From the IMG/VR virus record IMGVR_UViG_3300046167_000873, positions 32,001 through 96,000 of that record: a stretch of 64,000 nt of DNA; one strand, 5' to 3'. Positions 8,234 to 18,015 of the stretch are shown in pieces. This DNA comes from a virus. Position numbers and translations under genes: made by a program. Every line of letters begins with the position of its first letter. The first letter of the stretch is position 1. The notes under the pieces were generated by a model. The model searched no databases. It was not told where the DNA came from and saw only the letters and a list, made by a program, of their open reading frames with translations.

Positions 8234-10001
8234 TTTTACGTACCACATAATTGCCCATGAATAAAATATCAATATCCATTTTCATAAACGCATTTAATGC
8301 ATCAGTAGGAGTTTCAACTATAGGTTCGCCATTATCATTGAATGAAGTATTAAGTACAATCGGCACACCAGTTTTCTCATTAACAGCACGAAGCAGTTTT
8401 GTTACTGTATGATTTTGTTCTTCGTTAACTGTTTGAATACGGCAGCTACGATCAAGATGTGAGATTGCTGGTATCTCAGAAACTTTATCTTCTTTTACTG
8501 TAAACGCATAAAGCATATACGGAGATTCAAAATCTTCTTCAAAGTAATCTGTAAGATACTCATCAAGAATAATACCGGCAAACGGCCTCCACTCTTCTCT
8601 ATGCTTCACCCTTTGATTAAGTATATCTTTATTTTCGGCTAATTTTGGGCTCATTAAAATAGACCGTGAACCAAGTGCTCTTGGACCAAACTCAGATCTA
8701 CCTTGAAACCATCCTACTATTTTATTATCGTTAATACATTCTGCTGCGATGTTATCAATATCAAATGGTCTATGTTCATAAAACAAACTATTTTCTGTTG
8801 ATCTATTAAATTCTTTGATCGCCTCTTCTATTTCATTACTATTATAATGCTTACCTAATAATGCAATATTATCAGGCATAGTAGGATGCTTACAACCTTG
8901 GCTAACAAGACCTAGAAACGCAGCACCTAAATGTAATCCTGTATCTGTAGTATACGGCGGAATGTGTACTCCTTTCATCATCGGCGTCTGTTTTAGCCAA
9001 GTGTTTGCTTTTACATTTAAAAATATACCACCTGAAAAACATACGTTATCTTCTAAGTATCCTTCCTTATAATATAAGGTCATCATTTTCTGAAGTGCGT
9101 CTTCGTGGTTACGCTGTAGAACGTATGCTTTTTCTGCATGTGACAGAGTAGTGCATTCTTCTGATGACCAATGCGGGTGATGCTCTCCAATGTATGGTCT
9201 GCCGTTATAACCAATCTCTTCATTTGTTATGGTGTAAATATATTTTTTTTCAAAATCTGGGTCTTTACCTAAATCTGAACCGTATGCACAAAGTCCCATA
9301 ATTTTTCCGTGCATAGAATCCATTTCACCACGGTAATGTTTTCCTGTATTATGCTCTATATCAATAATACTGCAAAAAATGCTTTCTGAACCTATTGCCC
9401 AATGTGAGCCTAAACAATTTGTATGTGGCAAATCGTGGAATATTCTAAACATGGATTTGTTTTTATTAAAATATCCTAACGCACCTCTTTCTGTAATAGA
9501 GGTTGGAAAAACAAATCTGCCTTCATCGTCTCGGGCTACGTGTGACGGAATACTCTCGCCTGAACCATCATTTGTAATAAACGCACCTTCTTCATACGGG
9601 CTTGTATAGATAGACACTGCTGCGTGGCAACTATGATGGGGATAAAATTCTATTTTTGCTTTTGGAAATAATCCCTCAAGCCGTTTTTGTAATTGATGTT
9701 CAAACCTTGATATTTTAAAAAGAGGTGATCCTGGAGTAGCGACACAAACCATATCGATCATATCTACAGTTAGTTTACCTGCTTCAAGGCAATACATAAT
9801 ACTTTGTTGCGGCTCTGATCCATCATATTTTACGCGAGAAAGCCTTTCTTCTTGGATACTACAGATGTGTTCTCCATCTATAAACAGGCTCGCTCCAGCA
9901 TCATGCACCCATTCTACCAGATGTTGTTCGATATCATTTTTAATATGGTCTTCATTTCTAGGATTCCAACCCCACGCACCATACACGCCGAGAATATTCA
10001 T
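8226..10001 (-). CDS. NodU/CmcH/TobZ-family O-carbamoyltransferase
   Basis: HDAGA, EERLSRVK, HHSCHAA, DGSGE, GKIMGL, SGGIFLN, GRSEFGPRALGSRS, KHRE.WRPFA, LNTSFN. Confidence 0.95.
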   Translation of the reverse strand: MNILGVYGAWGWNPRNEDHIKNDIEQHLVEWVHDAGASLFIDGEHICSIQEERLSRVKYDGSEPQQSIMYCLEAGKLTVDMIDMVCVATPGSPLFKISRFEHQLQKRLEGLFPKAKIEFYPHHSCHAAVSIYTSPYEEGAFITNDGSGESIPSHVARDDEGRFVFPTSITERGALGYFNKNKSMFRIFHDLPHTNCLGSHWAIGSESIFCSIIDIEHNTGKHYRGEMDSMHGKIMGLCAYGSDLGKDPDFEKKYIYTITNEEIGYNGRPYIGEHHPHWSSEECTTLSHAEKAYVLQRNHEDALQKMMTLYYKEGYLEDNVCFSGGIFLNVKANTWLKQTPMMKGVHIPPYTTDTGLHLGAAFLGLVSQGCKHPTMPDNIALLGKHYNSNEIEEAIKEFNRSTENSLFYEHRPFDIDNIAAECINDNKIVGWFQGRSEFGPRALGSRSILMSPKLAENKDILNQRVKHREEWRPFAGIILDEYLTDYFEEDFESPYMLYAFTVKEDKVSEIPAISHLDRSCRIQTVNEEQNHTVTKLLRAVNEKTGVPIVLNTSFNDNGEPIVETPTDALNAFMKMDIDILFMGNYVVRKND

Positions 10002-10516
10002 TCTTCAGTAAACCTCTCAACGCCTTTAAGTGTTTTTTTGTTGTTGTCTGTTTTTTTCTTGGATTCAAATTTATCAATAATAGGTTTCATTTTTTCATTT
10101 TGAATATTAAAGTCTTTGTATCCATTGCTACTTTCAGCTTCAAAAAAGTCAGCGTCGATAACAAGTTCTTCGAGAGATTTATATTTGACGTAGGTTTGCT
10201 TTTGCTCCTTTTCTATGCGCCGCAAAAAGGCAAACCAAATAATTCGAGTAAAATATCCAAACGGGTTTTTAGATTTTTCTGGATCAAAACTATGAACTGC
10301 AACAATACAGTTTTCTAGTGAATCGTTGATCATTTCATCTTTGTAAGTATAACCGACAAAATTACCACGGTTGGCAGTACGGGTGGCTATAAGGTAAAAA
10401 GCTTCACCAATCTTTTCTGGTATTCTTGGCACTTCACCGTCAAGTGCTTCATTACATGATTTACGATAATCGACTAGCAGTTGATAAAATTCTTTGTTGT
10501 CTATATAGTTTGCCAT
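9998..10516 (-). CDS. gp55: late-transcription sigma factor
   Basis: NYIDNKEF...NFVGYTYKDEMI.D...FDPEKSKNPFGYFT.I...AFLRRI.KE. Confidence 0.95.
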   Translation of the reverse strand: MANYIDNKEFYQLLVDYRKSCNEALDGEVPRIPEKIGEAFYLIATRTANRGNFVGYTYKDEMINDSLENCIVAVHSFDPEKSKNPFGYFTRIIWFAFLRRIEKEQKQTYVKYKSLEELVIDADFFEAESSNGYKDFNIQNEKMKPIIDKFESKKKTDNNKKTLKGVERFTEE

Positions 10517-10866
10517 CAGTGTAATTCCTTTTGACTGGTTTTTTTGGCAAACAAGTTTTCAACATCATAATCTCGATTAAAATATTTGTTTGCATAGGAT
10601 TTATAATACTCAATTATTTCTGGTTGTAAATCTTTATGTATATGTAGGATATCTTCATTGTAAAAAAGTGCATCAGCACCAGTCGTTAAGGGTTGGTACT
10701 TAGTAAACTCCAAACCAGTTGAAACCTTTCCTTCAGTCTCATATTCAGAATCATATGTTTTAACCTTTAGTCGCAATGCATCTAAAATATCAATAGACGT
10801 ATCCGAAGATATCTCTAGCTTACCTAACACATTGGTTTCATTTTTTAAAACAACGAGTACAATCAT
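10516..10866 (-). CDS. hypothetical protein between uvsW and gp55
   Basis: ORF abutting both neighbours. Confidence 0.7.
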   Translation of the reverse strand: MIVLVVLKNETNVLGKLEISSDTSIDILDALRLKVKTYDSEYETEGKVSTGLEFTKYQPLTTGADALFYNEDILHIHKDLQPEIIEYYKSYANKYFNRDYDVENLFAKKTSQKELH

Positions 10867-12333
10867 TTACACATCCTTTATTTCTACTTTTCTTACAGTA
10901 TATTCGTGTTGCTCAAGATCATACTGCTTCACACGTTCCATCAAATGATTTAGTGTGTAATTTGTTTTTGATCCCCAACTTAAATCATCAGCAATGTCAT
11001 ATAATGTTGCACTATCTTTTGTGCTAGATGTTCTTAGTCCACGGCCAATAGATTGAAGATTCCGTATCTTTGTTTTAAAAGGTGATGCGTAAATAATATT
11101 ATGCAAGTTCTTAATGTTGATACCAGTAGAGAAAGTGCCGTAGCTAGCTATAACAATGGCATCACTTTCATTTTCAACAATTGCTCTAATTTCATTACGT
11201 GTTTCACCTTTAACCTTACCATGCACGAAATAAACTTTCCTATCTTCGCTCACCATTTTTTTAATACTTTCATGCAATATTTTACCATGCTTCTCAACAT
11301 ATTGAAACAAAAGAAGGGTATTACCATTCAAAGATAACGTCAAGTCCCGTATGAATTTATTTCTTATTTCATGAGAACAAAGAAAATCCATCTCTTCTTG
11401 ATACTTATTTTTACTATTTTTCTTTCGTGTTAACTCGGAATATTTTAACGTTATAATTTTTATTTGTAGTTTTGCAAGATAGTTCATATCCTGTAGTTCG
11501 CGCGTGGTGATCACTTTATTAACAGGCCCAAATAGACCTTCAAGAACCAATTGATGCGTCTGAGAATCATCTAGGGAGCCTGTGAAGCCATATCTGTATG
11601 GTGTGTTAACAAGTTTTGTCATTAACGTAGTACATGATTTAGCTTTAAATAAATGGGCTTCATCACCAATAACCACACTAAACTTATCAAACCATTCTTT
11701 CTTTAACTTATAGACAGATTGCCATGTGGTAATAACAATTGGTTTATCGGTTTCTTTAGATTGCCCAGTATATATTTTATGACAATACTTTTCTGATTTA
11801 AAACCGTAATCTTCAAAATCAGAATATATCTGGTGTACAAGTGTTACTGTAGGAACAATGAGAAGTGTTGGCTTAAGATGCCAACGCATAATCATATAAA
11901 TAATAAATGACTTACCGGAACCAGTGGGAGAAAGGAATAGAGAACGACTATTACATATAGCGTCCTTAAAAGCCTCAATCTGATATTCTCTTTGGTCGAA
12001 GTTAGGAGGAAGACTAACGAGCTGTTCATCAATAAACTTTTTAGCTGCTTCAATTGTAAAATCAATTGGTCTACTATCATAAGTGTAACTGACATGGTAG
12101 CCTCTTTCTTCTGCGAATTGCTCTATATATTTATTGAGACCAGAATAGAGAAATCCAGTAGCAGTATTTAAAAGACGTATTTTCCCATCCCACATTCGAT
12201 TTCGGTAACTAGGCATGAATTCTGCACCAGGTACTTTGAATGTAAAGTGTTCACTGAGTTGATTAAAGACGCCTCTATCATCGATTTGAATTTGGTTATA
12301 AACTTCATCAACTTTGTTGATTTTAATTTCCAT
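10867..12333 (-). CDS. uvsW: UvsW DNA helicase
   Basis: SPTGSGKS, GDEAH, FTGS, QSIGRGLR, and N-terminal WDGKIRL. Confidence 0.96.
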   Translation of the reverse strand: MEIKINKVDEVYNQIQIDDRGVFNQLSEHFTFKVPGAEFMPSYRNRMWDGKIRLLNTATGFLYSGLNKYIEQFAEERGYHVSYTYDSRPIDFTIEAAKKFIDEQLVSLPPNFDQREYQIEAFKDAICNSRSLFLSPTGSGKSFIIYMIMRWHLKPTLLIVPTVTLVHQIYSDFEDYGFKSEKYCHKIYTGQSKETDKPIVITTWQSVYKLKKEWFDKFSVVIGDEAHLFKAKSCTTLMTKLVNTPYRYGFTGSLDDSQTHQLVLEGLFGPVNKVITTRELQDMNYLAKLQIKIITLKYSELTRKKNSKNKYQEEMDFLCSHEIRNKFIRDLTLSLNGNTLLLFQYVEKHGKILHESIKKMVSEDRKVYFVHGKVKGETRNEIRAIVENESDAIVIASYGTFSTGINIKNLHNIIYASPFKTKIRNLQSIGRGLRTSSTKDSATLYDIADDLSWGSKTNYTLNHLMERVKQYDLEQHEYTVRKVEIKDV

Positions 12334-12334
12334 A

Positions 12335-12769
12335 TTACGCGCCTGTTTGGAAGCGTGCCCAATCTATTGCAGATTTAATATGAAAACCACGATTTGATAT
12401 CGTCTTAATAATATCTGTAAGAAGTTCAACCTTTTCACCTTGATATGCAACTTTAAGATTCATTCTAATAATATCATTATCAGCATCAATATAGTTGTTC
12501 ACATCAGATTTTAAGATTCGTCCTTTAGAAGGAAGTTTCCAGCCCTTTTCAACTTGCTCTGGAGTAGGTCCATCTAGATAAAATTCTTGTTTTTCTAATC
12601 TGAGTTTTTTGAGCTCGCCTTGTATTTTCTTATGATTAATGCGCTCAAACGAAAGGATTTTATAATATTTTTGGTGGAGTTTTGCAAGCTCAAGAGCAGC
12701 ATTACCTAACTCACCTGGATTAATCTCACAATCTATTTGCCAAGCACTAAATATTTCTTCTAAAGTCAT
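12335..12769 (-). CDS. uvsY: recombination mediator UvsY
   Basis: W..D..I...LHQKY...NRGFHIKSAIDW.RF..G; position before uvsW. Confidence 0.9.
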   Translation of the reverse strand: MTLEEIFSAWQIDCEINPGELGNAALELAKLHQKYYKILSFERINHKKIQGELKKLRLEKQEFYLDGPTPEQVEKGWKLPSKGRILKSDVNNYIDADNDIIRMNLKVAYQGEKVELLTDIIKTISNRGFHIKSAIDWARFQTGA

Positions 12770-12794
12770 AGCCAATTTTCACGATTAAAACTTC

Positions 12795-12823
12795 ATTATA
12801 TTATACTTATAAGCGTCTGTACA
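12795..12823 (-). promoter_or_regulatory. sigma70-type promoter upstream of uvsY
   Basis: TGTACA-N17-TATAAT; same -35 hexamer as the promoter at 1910-1940. Confidence 0.6.
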
Positions 12824-12828
12824 ATTGT

Positions 12829-13332
12829 TTACAGATAAGACCAAGTATACTTTTTAAATTTAAATCCAACTTGTGCCTCTACATATTCTATTGTAGAATC
12901 TTTTGTGTCGAATGTTATATCGGTTAATGATACAGGAAACATATCTTCGAAATCTATCCTTATAATAGGATTCATAGCACTCGAAAGTATATTAATGTGA
13001 CCATCAGATTCAACACCTTCACCTATAAGAGTTTTATCCGTCTCAGCGATCTTTTTGAATTGCTCGAATGTATCAGGAAATGCAATGCTTTGTAACCATT
13101 CATAGATAGAAATATAATTGCCTAAATCTTCGTTGATTTTAAATGAAACAATTAACTCACCATTATATTCCCAATGATCTCCATAGACTGGAAGCTTCTT
13201 GAATGGGTTTGGCTGTTCAGTATACCCAAGATTGACACCTGGAATACTAACTGATTGTACAAAGAAATTTAACTCAGGAAGCTTTCTAATATGAAAATTA
13301 AAGCCAACCGGGGATAACATATTTTTATTCAT
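12829..13332 (-). CDS. gp3: tail completion/sheath stabiliser
   Basis: NMLSPVGF.F.I.KLP...FF.QS..IPG...FPVSL; synteny. Confidence 0.9.
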   Translation of the reverse strand: MNKNMLSPVGFNFHIRKLPELNFFVQSVSIPGVNLGYTEQPNPFKKLPVYGDHWEYNGELIVSFKINEDLGNYISIYEWLQSIAFPDTFEQFKKIAETDKTLIGEGVESDGHINILSSAMNPIIRIDFEDMFPVSLTDITFDTKDSTIEYVEAQVGFKFKKYTWSYL

Positions 13333-13574
13333 AGTTTGTATACTCCGTTTACCGTGATTTCAAAATCACCTTGACCTGTCATATAAGAATACAATACTTC
13401 TGGTTTACAGTAATGAACCATGCTTTTTTCATTTGTCATCTTATTTATCTTTATATAAGCACTACATTCCTTAATAGGAATTGTACTAAAGATTTCATAG
13501 TTTGTATACTGCTTTGTTGTATACATGTTAGGTGCAGTTGTGATTATCAAGTAGAGTATAACGGTATGTATCAT
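13329..13574 (-). CDS. hypothetical protein
   Basis: ORF overlapping both neighbours. Confidence 0.55.
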   Translation of the reverse strand: MIHTVILYLIITTAPNMYTTKQYTNYEIFSTIPIKECSAYIKINKMTNEKSMVHYCKPEVLYSYMTGQGDFEITVNGVYKL

Positions 13575-13819
13575 CTTGGTGGCAAATGTCCTCTATTTTC
13601 TTCTACTAAAAAACTCATATAGCAGTGATCAGGGTCCCAAAAGAATATCTTATCTATTACTGCCCTTGCTATAGCGGCTGACTTATAACCTTTTTGCTGG
13701 TATCTCCACATAGCACTACTAATAGTTTCATCTGGATAACCACCGCCTAATGTAAATACAGTCCAAAGAAGTTGATCAATAGCAATGAGTATGTTTTTAA
13801 TTCTAATTGTAATACTCAT
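13571..13819 (-). CDS. conserved phage hypothetical protein
   Basis: NILIAIDQL...GG.PDETISS...ID..FFW.PDHC pattern. Confidence 0.7.
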   Translation of the reverse strand: MSITIRIKNILIAIDQLLWTVFTLGGGYPDETISSAMWRYQQKGYKSAAIARAVIDKIFFWDPDHCYMSFLVEENRGHLPPR

Positions 13820-13843
13820 AAATTTACTTCCCGTTTTTTGATG

Positions 13844-13870
13844 AAAAAAAAGGGAGTCCGAAGACCCCCC
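13844..13870 (-). terminator. rho-independent terminator after gp23
   Basis: GGGGGTC-TTCG-GACTCCC plus T8 on the minus strand (UUCG tetraloop). Confidence 0.9.
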
Positions 13871-13900
13871 ATAAAACGTCCTTTATAAAGGATCTTTTTA

Positions 13901-15232
13901 TTACATCAAGTTGGCAATAGTGCTCGCACGGTAGTAGACGTTGGAGTTAGCATCGATGCCAGATCCAGTTGCCCAATCACCTGACTTAGTAGCACCCTGT
14001 GAGAATGGGTTAGCAACCATGCCGTAGCGAGTCTTGAAGCCAATCTTAGGCTGGAAGGTATCTTGATCAACCGCACGTACCATTTGCAGAGGTACATATG
14101 GGCAGTAGAAGATACCAGCGTCGAATGCACCAGCACCCTTGTAGCCAATGTTCATATACTGAGTAGTAGCATATGGATCAATGTATACACGGAAACGACC
14201 ATTCAGAACACCAGCGAAAGTGTTACCAGTATCGTCAACAGCAAGGTTGTTGCTGTTAAGAGCAGGCGTGTAATCAAGAACACCAGCCATCTGAAGAGCA
14301 GAAGCTACGTCAGAAGAACAGATGATGATGTTAGCCTTACCACGACGAGTGTCTTTAGCAACCTTGTTAGCTTCACGTTCAATGTGGAACATAAGACCCT
14401 TGAACTTCTCAACAGACCAGCGACCAGAAGCATCAACGTCAAGGTTGAATGTACCAGCAACAGCAGTTGTAGAATCTTGTGAACCAGGAACAGCAACACG
14501 GTTAACAGTACGCACGACTTCACGGTTGATTTCAGCAAGAATCTCAGCAGCAAGAATGTTGCTCAGTTCAGCTTCAGCGTCAAGACCATGTACAGCTTTC
14601 AAGTCTTGAGCAAGTTCAAGCGAGTAATCAGCTTTAAGTGCACGAGTGTTAGCAGTAACAGTTACTTTGTCAATGGTGAATGCCATCTCGCCGAAAGCGT
14701 TACCGTCAGCTCCACCAAGCTTCTCAGCATCAGCAGTAGCCATACCAGTACCTGAAGCTCCAGCTTGTGAGTCACCAGTGTGAGCACCAGTACCAGAGAA
14801 GTCAGTATCAGCTTCGTTGTAGAATGCTTCTTCGAAAGAATCACGATCAGCAGGGTTAGCAGTGTTAGCTGCATATTGTGAACGCATTGCGAAGATAAGA
14901 CCAGTAGGACCAGACATGGGCTGAACGCCACAGATGTCATAAGCCATCAGGTTTGGCATAGCACGACGAACAAGGCTGATCAGAATTGGATCAAAACCTT
15001 GGATAGGACCTGCTGAACCAGAACCCATACCTTGGCTTGTTACAGCGTTGGTTGGCTCTTCGTTCAACATGGATTGATTAGCACCGATAGCAGCATTCTC
15101 GCGAAGTGCCTTTTCAGTGTTCTCAAGAACCATAGCCGTTACAGAACGACGATGTGAGTCAGTAATTTCTGGAAGATCCGGATGCGAAATCACTGGGGCC
15201 CACTTAGATTGAATTTCTTCTTTTAAATTCAT
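13901..15232 (-). CDS. gp23: major capsid protein
   Basis: DPILISLVRR..P.L.AYDICGVQPM.GPTGLIFAMR, FYCPYVPLQM, FQPKIGFKTRYG; probable maturation site LNE58. Confidence 0.98.
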   Translation of the reverse strand: MNLKEEIQSKWAPVISHPDLPEITDSHRRSVTAMVLENTEKALRENAAIGANQSMLNEEPTNAVTSQGMGSGSAGPIQGFDPILISLVRRAMPNLMAYDICGVQPMSGPTGLIFAMRSQYAANTANPADRDSFEEAFYNEADTDFSGTGAHTGDSQAGASGTGMATADAEKLGGADGNAFGEMAFTIDKVTVTANTRALKADYSLELAQDLKAVHGLDAEAELSNILAAEILAEINREVVRTVNRVAVPGSQDSTTAVAGTFNLDVDASGRWSVEKFKGLMFHIEREANKVAKDTRRGKANIIICSSDVASALQMAGVLDYTPALNSNNLAVDDTGNTFAGVLNGRFRVYIDPYATTQYMNIGYKGAGAFDAGIFYCPYVPLQMVRAVDQDTFQPKIGFKTRYGMVANPFSQGATKSGDWATGSGIDANSNVYYRASTIANLM

Positions 15233-15268
15233 TTGTTGCTCCTATTTTTATTTGGATATACTTATCTA

Positions 15269-15276
15269 TATTTATA
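15269..15276 (-). promoter_or_regulatory. T4 late promoter (gp23)
   Basis: TATAAATA on the minus strand. Confidence 0.85.
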
Positions 15277-15282
15277 AAAAAG

Positions 15283-16341
15283 TTATTTTCGGTTAGTTTT
15301 AGATATAGCCTGGACATAATGTCGAACATCTTCAGAGACATAAGACGGACTATCTTCAGCTTGATCATTAGAACCAACTGAAACTTCTTCATTAATTAGA
15401 CCAGTATGTCCTTCCTCTTTTGCAGACTCAGTGAAATACTGTTCTTTAATGATCTTCAATTTTTCAACATATTCATCAATGCTTCCATACTCAATTCCTT
15501 CAGACAATTGACGCAGTTTTTCAGATTGTGTTTGTACCAATCCTTCAGAAACTTCATCAAATGCAAGTTCTTGGGTTGCTTCAGCCATAACGTTATTTAG
15601 TTGAACGTTTTCAGCTTCAACTGCTTCAAGTGCTTCTTCAAGAGAGTTAACTACAGCTACTAGATCTTCAACCAGGTCACTCTTTTCTTCAGGAACATCT
15701 ACGTAAGATTCTGAGAAAAGATTTTTTAGACCGTCGATGAAGTTCTCTGTAACATCAACTTTAATGTTATTTCGAAGTGCTACTTCGTTGGCTTCAAGCC
15801 ACTTCTCAGTAACGTAGTCCATATACTGTTCTACTTGCTCATGAAGTGTAGAAACAGAAGCAGCTACTTGCTCTTCAAGTTCAGCAGCAAAGGCCTCTTC
15901 GAGTTCAGCTTCAATGAGGGTAGCGCGATTATTGATAGTTGCTTCAAAAATCGTAAGTACACGAGTTTGAGCTTCTTCTGAAAGCTCACTACCAGAAAAC
16001 AGTTCTTGCATGTCTTCTTTCATAGCTTTCGCAGGGGTAGCAACACGAGGTGATGGAACACCAGCTCCTGAGTTACTAACTGATGATGCGTTCTTACCTG
16101 ACGTATCAGGTACAGTATCAGCTTCTTTACCAACTTGAGCAAGAGTCTTGTCAAGGAAAGATGATAGATCTTGCTTTGTCATACCTGCAACCTTAGACAT
16201 AAGGTCGCTTAACATTGCTGATTTAGATGCTGTTGGCTTTAACGATGCAGCTGCGGCAGAAGCCTCAGTAACGTCTTCAGCAGACTCAACAACTTCAACA
16301 TCAACCTGATCGGTTACCTCAACGGTATTTTCTTCAGACAT
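15283..16341 (-). CDS. gp22: prohead core scaffold protein
   Basis: Acidic coiled coil with LSEE...IFEA and Y..YV.E.W...N..A; ATG at 16341 with AGGAG RBS; synteny. Confidence 0.92.
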   Translation of the reverse strand: MSEENTVEVTDQVDVEVVESAEDVTEASAAAASLKPTASKSAMLSDLMSKVAGMTKQDLSSFLDKTLAQVGKEADTVPDTSGKNASSVSNSGAGVPSPRVATPAKAMKEDMQELFSGSELSEEAQTRVLTIFEATINNRATLIEAELEEAFAAELEEQVAASVSTLHEQVEQYMDYVTEKWLEANEVALRNNIKVDVTENFIDGLKNLFSESYVDVPEEKSDLVEDLVAVVNSLEEALEAVEAENVQLNNVMAEATQELAFDEVSEGLVQTQSEKLRQLSEGIEYGSIDEYVEKLKIIKEQYFTESAKEEGHTGLINEEVSVGSNDQAEDSPSYVSEDVRHYVQAISKTNRK

Positions 16342-16377
16342 TAGATGCACTCCTAATTTTTTACGTTATTAATATAG

Positions 16378-16385
16378 TATTTATA
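16378..16385 (-). promoter_or_regulatory. T4 late promoter (gp22)
   Basis: TATAAATA. Confidence 0.8.
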
Positions 16386-16389
16386 TAAA

Positions 16390-17052
16390 TTAATTTCTAG
16401 AGATTTTATTCAAAAAATTCTCGAATATTTCAATCTTCTTTTGCTCTGATAATTGATTACGGCGAACAGAAGCTTCGATCTCTTCTTCAATATCCTCTAT
16501 AGATTTTGAATTAAGTTTACCATTATCCCAGACCCATTCCACTCCTTCCATAATCCCGTTAACAAAAGCATCTGGCGCTGAAGGATCCGCAACGATATCA
16601 GCAGCAGTCGCCAAATGGAAATCATCTTGTACTTCCATGATTCCATCTTTACCTTCTTTAATAGAACCCATACCACGGCTTGAAACACCGAGTTGTGCTC
16701 CGTCTTCTATTAAGCCCCTTGCAATTTGACCCATAGGAGTAGAAGATATTTTGGCTTTACCAATAAAGTTATCTCCTTCACGCTTAAGTTCTGTAATGAT
16801 ATGAGATACACGATCTAAATTGACACCTGGTCCATCAGGGTGACCGAGCTCGCCATATGCGCGACCTTTTTCAACAGATTCTTTTACATAACGATTTACT
16901 TCTCTATCAAGTATGTTAGTATTGTAGAGTCGGCCATTTCGGTTTTTGATATTTCCTTGAAGAAAAATACCTTCGATAAAAAGGTTTTTCTTACCATCTT
17001 TTTCTTCAGTAAGAATTTTAACTGCTTCTGTAACTTCTGTAATAAGTTTCAT
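16390..17052 (-). CDS. gp21: prohead protease
   Basis: NRNGRLY, GELGHP, GVSSRGMG, DIVADPSAPDAFV. Confidence 0.97.
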   Translation of the reverse strand: MKLITEVTEAVKILTEEKDGKKNLFIEGIFLQGNIKNRNGRLYNTNILDREVNRYVKESVEKGRAYGELGHPDGPGVNLDRVSHIITELKREGDNFIGKAKISSTPMGQIARGLIEDGAQLGVSSRGMGSIKEGKDGIMEVQDDFHLATAADIVADPSAPDAFVNGIMEGVEWVWDNGKLNSKSIEDIEEEIEASVRRNQLSEQKKIEIFENFLNKISRN

Positions 17053-17062
17053 TGTTGTGTCC

Positions 17063-17296
17063 TTACGATATGGTGTATGCTACACTAACAGCTTCAATAG
17101 TGCCAGTAGCATTGATCGTATCTGCTGGTGATTTTTCTAGAAAAACAATAGAACCAGTTGGCATTGAAAAAGATCCGCCAGTAGCAATATTAGTAACAAC
17201 ACCTGCAGCGGTTGCATATAACCTTACGACAACAGCATTAGCGACAGTTGTTGGTCCGCTAATGGTCGCTTCTGCATTTAATGGTTTAACTATCAT
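17063..17296 (-). CDS. small hypothetical protein (probable start MIVKPL)
   Basis: ATGA overlap with the upstream gene at 17293-17296. Confidence 0.7.
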   Translation of the reverse strand: MIVKPLNAEATISGPTTVANAVVVRLYATAAGVVTNIATGGSFSMPTGSIVFLEKSPADTINATGTIEAVSVAYTIS

Positions 17297-18015
17297 GATC
17301 CTAACCCGTCCTCTATTAATAAAGCGCAAAACGCTGTTGTGATTCTGGCATTACCAGACCCTACTTTACTTGCCGCGCGAAGATCTATGTCAGCGGTTGC
17401 CCCTATCTCGAGTGGAAACTGAAAATCGTAGTCATAGACTCCACTAAACAATTCCCCTGTGTGTGCAATTCTAAATGCATCCTCACCAGGAAATTTCTTA
17501 TATACGAATAGCGAAGCTGATGCATCAGATGAGGCTGATAACTTTGTCATATACAACTTTGAGTTAGCAGGTACTGTATAAACAGACATCAACGTTTGAG
17601 CTTGTTCAGCAAGTATAAGTGCTACGATATCTCCATTAACAGTTATGTCTATATCGTCAGTATTTTCACTGCCAGTACTTATAAAAGCTCTATTAATCCT
17701 TTTAAATTCTACTGTTCCAGTAGTGCCTGCATTAGAAACTACAATATCTTCTTGTACAAATTCATAATTATCATCCAATCCTTGGACGGTAACTATTTTT
17801 CCATCATCAGCTGTAGAAGCAGCAGCAGTTACTGTCGCAGTATTAGCAGTATCAAAAGCACTCCACGGATAAAGTGTTCCTTCATCCCAAACAGTAGAAG
17901 TAACACCATTACCTAAAGATGGAACAGCACCAAACTTATGCACATGAGAGGTGCCTTTTACGACACCTCTTGAAACGTTTAAACCAAAATCATCTGGATA
18001 ATACGATTGCGACAT
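17293..18015 (-). CDS. hypothetical beta-rich, probably virion-associated protein
   Basis: 240-aa ORF in the late head cluster. Confidence 0.7.
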   Translation of the reverse strand: MSQSYYPDDFGLNVSRGVVKGTSHVHKFGAVPSLGNGVTSTVWDEGTLYPWSAFDTANTATVTAAASTADDGKIVTVQGLDDNYEFVQEDIVVSNAGTTGTVEFKRINRAFISTGSENTDDIDITVNGDIVALILAEQAQTLMSVYTVPANSKLYMTKLSASSDASASLFVYKKFPGEDAFRIAHTGELFSGVYDYDFQFPLEIGATADIDLRAASKVGSGNARITTAFCALLIEDGLGS

